Assembly: GCA_038231455.1 (NCBI GenBank)
Contig: JBBRLI010000025.1
Location: forward strand, 1 to 42,426
Length of the DNA: 42,426 nucleotides
Source of the DNA: Vulcanimicrobiales bacterium
Lineage (GTDB): Bacteria; Vulcanimicrobiota; Vulcanimicrobiia; Vulcanimicrobiales; Vulcanimicrobiaceae
Direction of reading: 5' to 3'
The position numbers were made by a program, and so were the translations under genes. This document shows positions 17,455-26,574 of the stretch, one piece after another. Numbering within the stretch: the stretch's first letter is position 1; the number at the start of each line of letters is the position of its first letter. The notes under the pieces are model-generated. The model saw only the letters and a list, made by a program, of their open reading frames with translations. It did no database searches and had not been told where the DNA came from.

Positions 17455-18222
17455 CTACCACGACTTCCACGGCGCGTTTCCGGACTGCCAAAGCTCTTCG
17501 AGAACGAGCTTGTCACGCAGCGTGTCGACCGGCTGCCAGAAGCCGCGATGTTTGAATGCCCGGAGGTCGTCGGCTGCGACGAGCCGGTCGAGCGGCTCGC
17601 GTTCGAAAAGCGTATCGTCGCCGTCGATCACATCGAAAACGCCGGGTCCCAGGACGAAAAAGCCGCCATTGATCCAAGCGTTGTCGCCGCGCGGTTTTTC
17701 TTCGAAGGCAACGATGCGATCGCCCTCGAGAACCGAGGCCCCGAACCGGCCCGGCGGTTGGACGGTCGTCATGGTTGCGGTCGCACCGTGTTCATTATGA
17801 AAGTTGACGAGTGCGGCGACGTCGATATCGGCAACCCCGTCGCCGTACGTCGCGCAGAACGTCTCCCCCTCAACATACGAGCGGATGCGCTTGATGCGTC
17901 CGCCCGTCATCGTCGCTTCGCCGGTGTCGACGAGCGTGATCGTCCACGGCTCGCTTGCGTTTCGATGGACGCTGAGGGAGTTTGCTCCTAAGTCGACGGT
18001 CACATCGGCGTTGTGGAGGTAGTAGTTCACGAAATATTCTTTGATCAGGTAGCCTTTGTATCCGCAGCAGACGATGAAGTCCGTGATGCCGCCCGCGGCA
18101 TAGATCTTCATGATGTGCCACAGCAGGGGCTTTCCGCCGACCTCGATCAGCGGCTTCGGACGCACCGTCGTTTCCTCGCTGATGCGCGTGCCAAGACCCC
18201 CGGCGAGTAGAACGGCTTTCAT
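17455..18222 (-). CDS. rfbF: Glucose-1-phosphate cytidylyltransferase
   Basis: MKAVLLAGGLGTRISEET..PKP, VDTGEATMTGGRIKR, TYGDGVADI, WINGGFF, GFWQPVDTLRDK, APWKSW. Confidence 0.97.
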   Translation of the reverse strand: MKAVLLAGGLGTRISEETTVRPKPLIEVGGKPLLWHIMKIYAAGGITDFIVCCGYKGYLIKEYFVNYYLHNADVTVDLGANSLSVHRNASEPWTITLVDTGEATMTGGRIKRIRSYVEGETFCATYGDGVADIDVAALVNFHNEHGATATMTTVQPPGRFGASVLEGDRIVAFEEKPRGDNAWINGGFFVLGPGVFDVIDGDDTLFEREPLDRLVAADDLRAFKHRGFWQPVDTLRDKLVLEELWQSGNAPWKSW

Positions 18223-18761
18223 CGCTTGGTAACCTCCGCCAGTAAGGGCAACTCGCGATCGCGCTCGGATAGTACGGAGACCGGGAGCGGCCAGACGATG
18301 CCCAGAGCAGGATCGTCGAATCGAACGCCCGCCGCGCTGCCCGCAACGTATGGAACGTCGATACGGTAACTCACTTCGGCGTCGTCCGTAAGCGTCTGAT
18401 AGCCGTGAGCGATTCCGTTGCCGACGTACAACGATTCACGATCGACGTCATTTAGGATGCGCGAGTATGTCTGTAAATAGGTAGCGGAATGCGGACGCAG
18501 ATCGAGCACGACGTCGAAAATGGCGCCGCGCAAACAGCGGATGACTTTCGTCTCGCCGTGCGGAGGGCGCGAAAAATGCATGCCGCGGATCGTACCGCTG
18601 CGGGCGTTGAAGGCAATGGAATCCTGCGCGAAGGCGCTCGTAAGACCGTGCTCATTGAACGCATCTCGGCAAAACGTGCGCACAAAAAACCCGCGTTCGT
18701 CCCTCTGAGCCTCGGGGGAAATCACCCAGACATCGGCAAGGCTCGTCCGATCGAAACGCAT
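18219..18761 (-). CDS. rfbC: dTDP/CDP-4-dehydrorhamnose 3,5-epimerase family protein
   Basis: DERGFF, GTIRGMHF, KVIRCLRGAIFDVVLDLR, AHGYQTL, WP...LSERD; start ATG 18761 via TAATG overlap. Confidence 0.92.
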   Translation of the reverse strand: MRFDRTSLADVWVISPEAQRDERGFFVRTFCRDAFNEHGLTSAFAQDSIAFNARSGTIRGMHFSRPPHGETKVIRCLRGAIFDVVLDLRPHSATYLQTYSRILNDVDRESLYVGNGIAHGYQTLTDDAEVSYRIDVPYVAGSAAGVRFDDPALGIVWPLPVSVLSERDRELPLLAEVTKR

Positions 18762-19984
18762 TACGAGATGCGCAGGTGGGGGATCGCTACGACGAAGCGT
18801 CCGCCCCACGCGCGTACCGATTTGAGCTGCTCGGTAACTTCGGCTTCGATATTCCACGGCAAGATCAGCACGTAGTCCGGGCGCGTCTCGTCGATCGCTT
18901 CGGGCGGACGAATCGGAATGCGCGACCCCGGCATCAGTTTGCCATGTTTTTGCGGGTTGCGATCGCACGTGAACGCCAAGAGATCGGGTCCGACCCCGCA
19001 ATAGTTGAGGAACGTGTTCCCTTTGGCCGGCGCGCCATAACCGACGACGCGCTCGCCGCGCTCGGCTGCGTCGATTAAAAAGCGTAGCGTGTCACGCTTG
19101 ATTTTCGCCACGCGTTCGCCGAATTTTGCGTAACGTTCGAGCGTGCCAAGACCGGCGTCGGCCTCGCGCTTGCGCATTGCATGCACGGCCGCGGTCGGCT
19201 CGATACCGGAGTGACGGACCCAGAGGCGAAGCGATCCGCCGTGCGTCGGGAGTTCTTCGACATCGTGAACCACGAGGCCGTGCTTGGCGAAGACCGGCTC
19301 GATCGCGAGCAGCGAAATGTACGAGAAATGTTCGTGGTAGATCGTATCGAACTCGGCGTCTTCGATCAGCCGCAAAAGATGCGGAAACTCGAATGTCGCC
19401 GTGCCCTCGGCAGCGAGCGCGACAGCAAATCCGCCGACGAAGTCGTGCAAGTCGGGAACGTGCGCGAGCACGTTATTCGCAGCAATCAAATCGGCCGGTC
19501 CAAATTCGGCTCGCAGACGCCCGGCGGACTCGACGCCGAAGAACTCGACGCGCGTCGGAACGCCGACGGCCTCGGCCGCCGCAGCCACACCCGCGGCGGG
19601 CTCGACGCCCATCACCGGCATGCCGCGCTCGACGAACCATTTGAGCAGGTAGCCGTCGTTGCTGGCGATTTCGACGATTCTCGAATTCGTCGTGAGGCCT
19701 AACCGCTGGGTGGCGTGCGCGACGTATGCCTTGGCATGCGCGATCCATGAGTCGGCGAATGACGAATAATACGCGTAGTCGGCGGAGAAAATCGCTTCGC
19801 GCGATTCGAACGATTCGAGCTGCACGAGAAAGCAGCGGTCGCAAACGTACACGTGGAGCGGATAGAAGATATCGGGTTCTCGACGATGCTCGAGCGCAAC
19901 GTAGCTATTCGAGAGCGGCTGGACGCCGAGGTCGACGAAGGTCGTCCGCAGCTCGGCATCGCACGCGCGGCAACGCGGCATCAT
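18761..19984 (-). CDS. SAM-dependent NDP-sugar C-methyltransferase (Zn-binding; TylCIII/NovU/TcaB9-like)
   Basis: CRAC...CDRC zinc motif, VEIASNDGYLL, ANNVLAHVPD, FDTIYHEHFSY, HGGSLR, GYGAPAKGNT, ILPWN; start 19984 by ATGA overlap. Confidence 0.92.
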   Translation of the reverse strand: MMPRCRACDAELRTTFVDLGVQPLSNSYVALEHRREPDIFYPLHVYVCDRCFLVQLESFESREAIFSADYAYYSSFADSWIAHAKAYVAHATQRLGLTTNSRIVEIASNDGYLLKWFVERGMPVMGVEPAAGVAAAAEAVGVPTRVEFFGVESAGRLRAEFGPADLIAANNVLAHVPDLHDFVGGFAVALAAEGTATFEFPHLLRLIEDAEFDTIYHEHFSYISLLAIEPVFAKHGLVVHDVEELPTHGGSLRLWVRHSGIEPTAAVHAMRKREADAGLGTLERYAKFGERVAKIKRDTLRFLIDAAERGERVVGYGAPAKGNTFLNYCGVGPDLLAFTCDRNPQKHGKLMPGSRIPIRPPEAIDETRPDYVLILPWNIEAEVTEQLKSVRAWGGRFVVAIPHLRIS

Positions 19985-20718
19985 GGTGAAACGGCGACGC
20001 GCGCGCGCTCCTGTGCGACGAGCGTCGTTGCGTGGTAGAGACTCTCGAACTGACCGGCATCGGTCCACCAGCCCTCGAGCACGTCGTACTGGAGATCGCC
20101 GGATGCGATGTAGGCGTTATTGACGTCGGTGATTTCCAGCTCGCCGCGCGCCGACGGTTTGAGATTGCGGCAAAAATCGAAGACGCGCGCATCGTACATA
20201 TAAATGCCGGTCACGGCAAACGAACTTTTGGGCACCGCCGGTTTTTCTTCGATCGAGACGATCCGCTCGCCGTCAAGTTCCGCGACGCCGAATCGTTCTG
20301 GATCTTCGACTTCCTTGAGAAGCAGACGCGCGCCGGATTTCTGCTGCTGGAAACGCTGCACGTAGTCGCCGATGCCGTTCTGGATGATGTTATCGCCCAG
20401 AATCACGCAGACGCGTTCGCCCTCGGAGAAGTGTTCGCACAGCTTGAGCGCATCGGCGATCCCGCCTTCGCCTTCTTGATAGGTATAATAGATGTCGTCG
20501 AGACCGAAGTCTTTACCGTTGCCGAGGAGTCGCAGAAAATCGCCGGCCGAATTGCCGCCGGTGACGACCATGATGTCTTTGATCCCCGCGCCGACGAGCG
20601 TCTCGATCGGGTAGTAGATCATCGGCTTATCGTAAATGGGCAGCAGATGTTTGTTTGTGACTTTGGTGAGCGGGCGAAGGCGCGAGCCGAGGCCTCCGGC
20701 GAGAATGATACCTTTCAA
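19981..20718 (-). CDS. rfbA: Glucose-1-phosphate thymidylyltransferase (short RfbA/SpsI type)
   Basis: KGIILAGGLGSRLRPLTKVTNKHLLPIYDKPMIYYP, LGDNI, EEKP, SARGELEITD, WTDAG; TTG start 20718 with AAGGA RBS. Confidence 0.93.
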   Translation of the reverse strand: MKGIILAGGLGSRLRPLTKVTNKHLLPIYDKPMIYYPIETLVGAGIKDIMVVTGGNSAGDFLRLLGNGKDFGLDDIYYTYQEGEGGIADALKLCEHFSEGERVCVILGDNIIQNGIGDYVQRFQQQKSGARLLLKEVEDPERFGVAELDGERIVSIEEKPAVPKSSFAVTGIYMYDARVFDFCRNLKPSARGELEITDVNNAYIASGDLQYDVLEGWWTDAGQFESLYHATTLVAQERARVAVSP

Positions 20719-20729
20719 GTCCTTCGTCC

Positions 20730-21743
20730 TTATCGCGTCGCGTATTGTTTTTCGTAGTAGTCTTTGAATTCGCCCGACTTGATCGTGCGCCAGTAGTCTT
20801 CGTTGGCGCGATACCAGGCGACCGTCGCTTCGAGTCCGGCCTTGAATTCGACTTGCGGTTTCCATCCAAGGGCGCGGGCTTTGGAGGCGTCGAGCGAGTA
20901 GCGACGGTCGTGGCCGGGGCGGTCTTGAACGTGTTTGACGTGCGTTGCAAAACTGCGGCCCGTCAATTCCAAGAGCGTCTTGGTGATTTCCATATTCGTG
21001 CGGCCGTTGCCGCCGCCGATGTTGTAGACGTTTCCGAGTTCGCCATGCTCGAGCACGTGCAAGATGCCGCGTGCGTGATCGTCTGCATGAATCCAGTCGC
21101 GCACTTGCATGCCATCGCCGTAGACCGGGACTTGCTGGTCATCGATGAGGTTGGTAACGAAGAGCGGGATCAGCTTCTCGGGATATTGGTACGGCCCGTA
21201 GGTATTCGAGCCGCGCGTGATGAGGACGGGCGTATTGTAGGTGGTCGAGTAGGCCAGAACCTGAAGATCGCCGCCGGCTTTACTTGCGGCATACGGCGAG
21301 CGCGGCGCGATCTGGTCGCTCTCTTTTGAGCTACCTTCGTGGACGTGGCCGTAGACTTCGTCGGTCGAAACCTGAAGAAAACGTTTGATCCCGTGTTCGC
21401 GGACGGCCTCGAGCAGCACGTGCGTGCCGAGCACGTCGGTACGCAGAAACGCCTCGGGCTCGAGGATCGAGCGGTCGACGTGCGTCTCCGCAGCAAAGTT
21501 CACGATGGCATCGACCCCCTCGCCGACCGCGGTCTTCACGTCCGTTGCCTCGCGGATGTCGCCTTTAACGAAGCGGTAGCGCGGGTCGCTCGCGACATCG
21601 GCAAGGTTGGCCGGGTTGCCCGCATACGTCATCAGGTCGAGGTTCGTAACCTGGACGTCGGGCCGCTCGCGCAGCACCATGCGGACGAAATTGGAACCGA
21701 TGAAGCCCAGGCCTCCGGTCACTAACCAACGTTGGGTCGCCAT
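20730..21743 (-). CDS. rfbB: dTDP-glucose 4,6-dehydratase
   Basis: LVTGGLGFIGSNF, FAAETHVDRSI, VSTDEVYG, SPYAASKA, YGPYQYPEKLIP, DRPGHDRRY; GAGGAG RBS. Confidence 0.97.
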   Translation of the reverse strand: MATQRWLVTGGLGFIGSNFVRMVLRERPDVQVTNLDLMTYAGNPANLADVASDPRYRFVKGDIREATDVKTAVGEGVDAIVNFAAETHVDRSILEPEAFLRTDVLGTHVLLEAVREHGIKRFLQVSTDEVYGHVHEGSSKESDQIAPRSPYAASKAGGDLQVLAYSTTYNTPVLITRGSNTYGPYQYPEKLIPLFVTNLIDDQQVPVYGDGMQVRDWIHADDHARGILHVLEHGELGNVYNIGGGNGRTNMEITKTLLELTGRSFATHVKHVQDRPGHDRRYSLDASKARALGWKPQVEFKAGLEATVAWYRANEDYWRTIKSGEFKDYYEKQYATR

Positions 21744-21769
21744 ATTCTCCTCGGGCGGGATGGGCGGGC

Positions 21770-21798
21770 TTTGAGCCCGGCGCCAAGTCTGCTATAAT
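21770..21798 (+). promoter_or_regulatory. sigma70-type promoter of the rpsB operon
   Basis: TTGAGC-N16-TATAAT with an extended -10 (TGCTATAAT). Confidence 0.8.
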
Positions 21799-21804
21799 CG
21801 GTGA

Positions 21805-21923
21805 GTTGTCCATCACGCCCTTCACGGAAGAAGGGCGGCAGACCGAGCCTTTGGCCGGTCTCAATGCGGCTCAGAATGCCCTCGCAGCGGATCGACGCGA
21901 AGGCGAGCCCCAGAAAGGTATCC
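21805..21923 (+). promoter_or_regulatory. Structured rpsB 5' leader (candidate S2 autoregulatory element)
   Basis: Three consecutive hairpins: CGCCCTTC/GAAGGGCG (21816-21837), GACCG..CGGTC (21841-21860) and GGCTC..GAGCC with inner stems (21868-21909), immediately before the AGAAAGG RBS. Confidence 0.55.
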
Positions 21924-22694
21924 ATGTCCGTTATTTCCATGCGCGCCCTGCTCGAGGCAGGCGTCCACTTCGGTCACCAGACCCGCCGTTGGAATCCCAA
22001 GATGAAGCCGTTCATCTTCCAGGAACGCAACGGGATCTACATTATCGACCTCTCCAAGACGGTCACGCGCATGAACGCCGTGTACGAAGCCGTCAAGCAG
22101 ATGGCTCGTGAAAATAAAGTCATCCTCTACGTCGGGACCAAGAAGCAGGCCCAGGACGTGGTCAAGGAAGAGGCGGAGCGCGCCGGCACGTACTTTGTGA
22201 ACCAGCGCTGGCTCGGCGGCACCCTGACCAACTTCGCGACGATCCAGAAGCGCATCGCGCGCCTCCGTGAACTCGAAGGCATGAAGGCTCAGGGCACCTT
22301 CGACTTGCTCCCCAAGAAAGAGGTCTCGCGCCTCTCCGATGAGCTCGAGAAACTCGAACGATTCCTGGGCGGCATCAAAGACATGCACCGCCTCCCCGAT
22401 GCGATCTTCATCGTCGACCCGAAGAAAGAGCGCATCGCGGTCATGGAAGCAAAGAAGCTCAAGATTCCGATCATCGCGGTCGTCGACACGAACTGCGACC
22501 CCGATGAAATCGATTACTTGATCCCCGGCAACGACGACGCGATCCGCGCGGTCCGTCTGATGGTCGGAAAAATCTCGGACGCCATCATCGAAGGCAAGAC
22601 CGAGGGCGAATCGGCGTACGATGCCGAGGACTACGAAGCCGCCTATGCGGAACCCGTGGCCGCCGCTCCCGAGGCCGAAGCCGCGACCGTCTAG
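21924..22694 (+). CDS. rpsB: 30S ribosomal protein S2
   Basis: [45 protein letters not shown]; start ATG 21924 after AGAAAGG. Confidence 0.99.
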   Translation: MSVISMRALLEAGVHFGHQTRRWNPKMKPFIFQERNGIYIIDLSKTVTRMNAVYEAVKQMARENKVILYVGTKKQAQDVVKEEAERAGTYFVNQRWLGGTLTNFATIQKRIARLRELEGMKAQGTFDLLPKKEVSRLSDELEKLERFLGGIKDMHRLPDAIFIVDPKKERIAVMEAKKLKIPIIAVVDTNCDPDEIDYLIPGNDDAIRAVRLMVGKISDAIIEGKTEGESAYDAEDYEAAYAEPVAAAPEAEAATV

Positions 22695-22716
22695 GGCCTT
22701 CCCCAGGAGAAACCCG

Positions 22717-22751
22717 GAAGAGAGGCCCAAAGCAATGCGGGCCTCTCTTTT
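22717..22751 (+). terminator. Intrinsic terminator/attenuator between rpsB and tsf
   Basis: AAGAGAGGCCC...GGGCCTCTCTT stem running into a short T tract. Confidence 0.7.
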
Positions 22752-22792
22752 CAAACCACCTTTACCGCTGATAACCCCACCCACCGGAGTAC

Positions 22793-23410
22793 ATGACCGT
22801 GAGTTCCGCCACGACCTATAAGCCCTCAGCCGATGACGTCAAGAAGCTTCGCGAAGCCACAGGCGCGGGCATGATGGATTGCCGTAACGCCCTCGTCGAA
22901 ACCGGCGGCGATGCCGAGAAGGCGAAAGAACGGCTTGCGGAACTCGGTCAATCGAAGGCAGAGAAAAAAGAAGAGCGCACCGCAAACGAAGGCTCCGTCG
23001 GAAGCTACATCCACGCCGGCGGCAAAATCGGCGTGCTCGTTGAGATCAATTGCGAGACCGACTTTGTCGCGCGCAATCCGAAGTTCGGCGAACTCGTGCG
23101 CGACGTTGCCATGCACGTCGCCGCCATGTCGCCGCAGTACCTCGATAAGGAAGCGGTTCCGGCCGATGTCATCGAGCCGGTGAAAAAAGAACTCGCCGAG
23201 AGCGTCCCGCCCGGCAAGCCCGCAAATGTCATCGAGAAGATTGTTGAAGGCAAGCTCAATAAATGGTATGAGGAGCATTGCCTGCTCGAGCAACCGTTCG
23301 TCAAAGACGACTCCGTCTCGATCGGTGAACTGGTCGCCGGCGTCTCCTCGGTGCTTGGCGAGAAGATCCGCGTCAAACGATTCGCCAAGTTCGTGCTGGG
23401 CGAGGCCTAG
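22793..23410 (+). CDS. tsf: Translation elongation factor Ts (short form)
   Basis: VKKLREATGAGMMDC, YIHAGGKIGVLVEINCETDFVA, KIVEGKL, LLEQPFVKD; 205 aa. Confidence 0.98.
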   Translation: MTVSSATTYKPSADDVKKLREATGAGMMDCRNALVETGGDAEKAKERLAELGQSKAEKKEERTANEGSVGSYIHAGGKIGVLVEINCETDFVARNPKFGELVRDVAMHVAAMSPQYLDKEAVPADVIEPVKKELAESVPPGKPANVIEKIVEGKLNKWYEEHCLLEQPFVKDDSVSIGELVAGVSSVLGEKIRVKRFAKFVLGEA

Positions 23411-23422
23411 CCCGCGGGCGGC

Positions 23423-24163
23423 ATGTCCGAACCGAAATACCGCAAGATACTTCTCAAACTCTCGGGCGAGGCATTCGCCGGTTCCGAGGGCAGCGTCGAC
23501 GTCGAGACCACCTCGATCATGGCGCGTCAGATTCGCGACGTCCACGCCGACGGCGTGAGCATCGCGGTCGTCGTTGGCGGCGGCAATATCTGGCGCGGGA
23601 AAGCCCACGAAGCCGCCGGCATGGAACGTTCGACCGCCGACTACATGGGCATGCTCGCGACGGTGATCAACGCACTCGCGTTGCAAGACTCACTGGAACG
23701 CATCGGCGTACCCTCACGCGTGCAGACGGCAATCGCAATGGAGCAGATCGCCGAACCCTACATCCGGCGTCGCGCGATGCGGCATCTGGAAAAAGGTCGC
23801 GTCGTGATCTTCGCTGCGGGCACGGGCAATCCGTACTTTACGACCGATACCACAGCTGCCCTACGCGCGGTCGAAGTCGGTGCGCAAGCGATCCTCAAAG
23901 CAACCAAAGTGGACGGCGTGTATTCTGCCGATCCGAAGAAACATGCGGATGCCACACGCTTCGAGCAAGTCGATTATCTGCAAGTCTTGCAACTCGGCCT
24001 CGAAGTGATGGATAGTACGGCGCTGACGCTGTGCATGGACAACGGTCTGCCGATCATCGTGTTCGATATGAACGTGCCGGGCAACATTCGCCGCGTCGTC
24101 ATGGGCGAGACGATTGGCACGTATGTCGGACGCGCGGCATCACTCGTCGGATCGGAGAAATAA
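23423..24163 (+). CDS. pyrH: UMP kinase
   Basis: [42 protein letters not shown]. Confidence 0.98.
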   Translation: MSEPKYRKILLKLSGEAFAGSEGSVDVETTSIMARQIRDVHADGVSIAVVVGGGNIWRGKAHEAAGMERSTADYMGMLATVINALALQDSLERIGVPSRVQTAIAMEQIAEPYIRRRAMRHLEKGRVVIFAAGTGNPYFTTDTTAALRAVEVGAQAILKATKVDGVYSADPKKHADATRFEQVDYLQVLQLGLEVMDSTALTLCMDNGLPIIVFDMNVPGNIRRVVMGETIGTYVGRAASLVGSEK

Positions 24164-24721
24164 GTGCTCGAAGACGTTTACAAAGACGCCGAATCCAAGA
24201 TGAACAAGTCGATCGAATCGACGCGCAGCGAGTTTGCCTCGATCCGTACCGGCCGCGCGGCACCTTCGCTTTTGGATCGTCTCATGGTCGATGCGTATGG
24301 TTCGATGGTGCCACTCAAACAAGTCGCAAGCGTAAGTTCGCCCGATGGCCGCTCGCTCCAAGTCTCGGCGTTCGATAAGAGCACGGTCGGCGCGATCCGA
24401 AAGGCGATCGAGACGAGCGACCTCGGGCTCAATCCGAACATCGACGGCAACAACATCCGCTTGTCGATTCCGCCGCTCACCGAAGACCGTCGCAAAGACC
24501 TGGTCAAACTCATCAAGAAAAAAGGCGAAGACGGCAAAGTTGCGATTCGCAACATCCGGCATAAGTCGGTTGATGAGATCAAGTCGCTGCTCAAAGAATC
24601 GAAGATCACCGAGGATGAGAACAAGCGCGCGGGCGACCACGTGCAGAAACTTACCGACAAGTTTATCAAAGAAGTCGACACGCTCGTCGGCCATAAAGAA
24701 AAAGAGATCATGGAAGTATGA
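24164..24721 (+). CDS. frr: Ribosome recycling factor
   Basis: IRTGRA, DLGLNP, IPPLTEDRRKDLVK, VAIRNIR, KEKEIMEV. Confidence 0.98.
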   Translation: MLEDVYKDAESKMNKSIESTRSEFASIRTGRAAPSLLDRLMVDAYGSMVPLKQVASVSSPDGRSLQVSAFDKSTVGAIRKAIETSDLGLNPNIDGNNIRLSIPPLTEDRRKDLVKLIKKKGEDGKVAIRNIRHKSVDEIKSLLKESKITEDENKRAGDHVQKLTDKFIKEVDTLVGHKEKEIMEV

Positions 24722-24909
24722 GTCCCGAGCTCATCTTCACCTCCGAACACGAAGCACGGGCCAAACTCGTTGATGCGCCGCTGCGATTGCGCGTCTTGCG
24801 TCCGCCGTATCCGGCGATCGGTCTCGGTGTGCTACGTGTCTTGCGCGTGCGCGAAGGTGATGAGTGCGAGCTGATCGTCGGCTATGACGGTTACGAGCGC
24901 ATCGGCTGA
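24718..24909 (+). CDS. Small hypothetical protein between frr and uppS
   Basis: 63 aa ORF that overlaps the frr stop (ATGA) and the uppS start (TGATG) and exactly fills the gap. Confidence 0.7.
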   Translation: MSPELIFTSEHEARAKLVDAPLRLRVLRPPYPAIGLGVLRVLRVREGDECELIVGYDGYERIG

Positions 24910-25646
24910 TGGCAACGGTCCTCGACGATTTTGCCGGCCTCGATGCGGCAAAGATGCCCAAGCACGTCGCGATCATTATGGACGGCAATCGTCGTTGGGC
25001 AAAAGAGCGCCGTCTGCCCGCGATCGAAGGTCATCGGCGCGGGATCGTCGCGCTTCGCGAAGTAACCCGCGCCGCGCGTGACTTGAAGATTCCGGTGCTG
25101 ACGGTTTACGGTTTCTCGACCGAGAATTGGAAGCGCGACCGCACGGAGATCTCGCTCTTGCTCGACCTGTGCGTCTACTTCGCGCAGAACGAACTCGCCG
25201 AACTCTCACGCAACAACGTGCGCGTGAACGTGATCGGCCGCTACGAGGCGTTGCCGGCAGCATCGCGCGACGCGCTCGACGGCCTGGTCGAAAAGACGAA
25301 ACACAACGACGGTTTGCTCTTGAACCTCGCGGTCAACTACAGCGCTCGAATGGAAATGCGCGATGCGATTTGTGCGCTTGCCGAGGACGTCAAGAGCGGC
25401 AAGCTCGCCGTCGACGCGATCGATGAAGAGCGGATCGAATCGTATCTTTACACCTCGACCTTGCCCGATCCCGAACTCTTGATTCGGCCCGGTGGCGAGT
25501 CGCGGCTCTCGAATTTCTTACTGTATCAGGTCGCTTATACCGAACTCTACCTCACCGATACGTACTGGCCGGATTTTTCGCGCGAACACTTTGCACTCGC
25601 GCTCGCCGACTTCCAACGGCGGCAGCGACGGTTCGGCGGAGCATGA
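24909..25646 (+). CDS. uppS: Undecaprenyl diphosphate synthase
   Basis: PKHVAIIMDGNRRWAK, YGFSTENWKR, PELLIRPGGESRLSNFLLYQ, RRFGG. Confidence 0.98.
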   Translation: MATVLDDFAGLDAAKMPKHVAIIMDGNRRWAKERRLPAIEGHRRGIVALREVTRAARDLKIPVLTVYGFSTENWKRDRTEISLLLDLCVYFAQNELAELSRNNVRVNVIGRYEALPAASRDALDGLVEKTKHNDGLLLNLAVNYSARMEMRDAICALAEDVKSGKLAVDAIDEERIESYLYTSTLPDPELLIRPGGESRLSNFLLYQVAYTELYLTDTYWPDFSREHFALALADFQRRQRRFGGA

Positions 25647-26476
25647 TCGCCGCACCGGCGAAACCCTCCGGCGCAAAGCCGGTGTCGGGTCGTCGCGTGC
25701 TCGTGGGCCTGTTGCTCGCAATCGTCGGGATTGCCGGGGTGTACTGGCCGCTTAGCTGGCTTGCAATCGCCCTTGCAGCAGCCATTCTTTCGCTTTGGGA
25801 GTTCGCTCAACTCGCCGAGCGCAAAGGCGCGGTGCTCGAATTCTCGGTGCTGCTGCTTGCAAGTACGCTGTATCTCGTCCTCACGTATCTTGGACTCATC
25901 CGCGAATACGAAGGCACGCTGCTCTCGGTCACCGTCGTCGCTTCGCTGCTCAGCGCCACCATCCGCGGCAAAGGCAAGTACTTCGCGCGCAGCGGCTACA
26001 CGGTGCTCGGTGTGATGTATATCGGCAAGTTGCTTTCGTACTGGGTCGCAATTCGCATGATGCCGGCGGGTGCAGCGCTTGTCGTCTACGCAATCGTCGT
26101 TGTGGCGATGACCGATATCGCCGCGATGCTCGTGGGGATTACGATCGGACGCACACCGCTTACGCCGATTTCTCCAAACAAGACCGTTGAGGGCGCCGTC
26201 GGCGGCTTAGTGATTGCCACCGCCGTGGCGATTGGTATTGGGTTACTCCAACCGTTTGGCTTTCCGTGGTGGCAAGGCGCGCTGATCGGTCTTGTGACGT
26301 CGTTTGCCGCGCAATGCGGGGATCTGGTCGAGTCGGCGCTCAAGCGTGACGCACACGTCAAGGACGCGGGCTCGATCGTCGCCGGGCACGGTGGCGTGCT
26401 CGATCGATTCGATTCGTTCATCTTCGGTGGGATCGCGTTTTACTTCGCGCTCTGGCTCGTGCACGTGCTGCATTAG
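25643..26476 (+). CDS. cdsA: Phosphatidate cytidylyltransferase
   Basis: ISPNKTVEG, GDLVESALKRDAHVKDAG...GHGGVLDRFDS; hydrophobic. Confidence 0.96.
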   Translation: MIAAPAKPSGAKPVSGRRVLVGLLLAIVGIAGVYWPLSWLAIALAAAILSLWEFAQLAERKGAVLEFSVLLLASTLYLVLTYLGLIREYEGTLLSVTVVASLLSATIRGKGKYFARSGYTVLGVMYIGKLLSYWVAIRMMPAGAALVVYAIVVVAMTDIAAMLVGITIGRTPLTPISPNKTVEGAVGGLVIATAVAIGIGLLQPFGFPWWQGALIGLVTSFAAQCGDLVESALKRDAHVKDAGSIVAGHGGVLDRFDSFIFGGIAFYFALWLVHVLH

Positions 26477-26500
26477 CAAGCAAACGACCATCGTATCCAG

Positions 26501-26528
26501 TAAAGTCCGTCGAGTACCCCACCGATGC
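26501..26528 (+). promoter_or_regulatory. Putative sigma28 promoter for the inserted acyltransferase-SDR-FkbM cassette
   Basis: TAAA-N16-ACCGATGC, same spacing and nearly the same boxes as the flaG promoter (TAAA-N16-ACCGATAC). Confidence 0.7.
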
Positions 26529-26574
26529 CTAGTAAGGCCCACCTTGCCTACCCCGCCCGTAGAAAGCATCTCGT

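Noticed and set aside
16600-17991. 463-aa plus-strand ORF
   Set aside because: Antisense to the GT2 and rfbF, which have clear family motifs.
21748-21775. Possible sigma28 promoter for rfbB (minus strand TCAAA-N14-CCCGAGGA)
   Set aside because: Spacing and -10 box deviate from the four good sites, and the segment is explained by the rfbB RBS and the rpsB -35.
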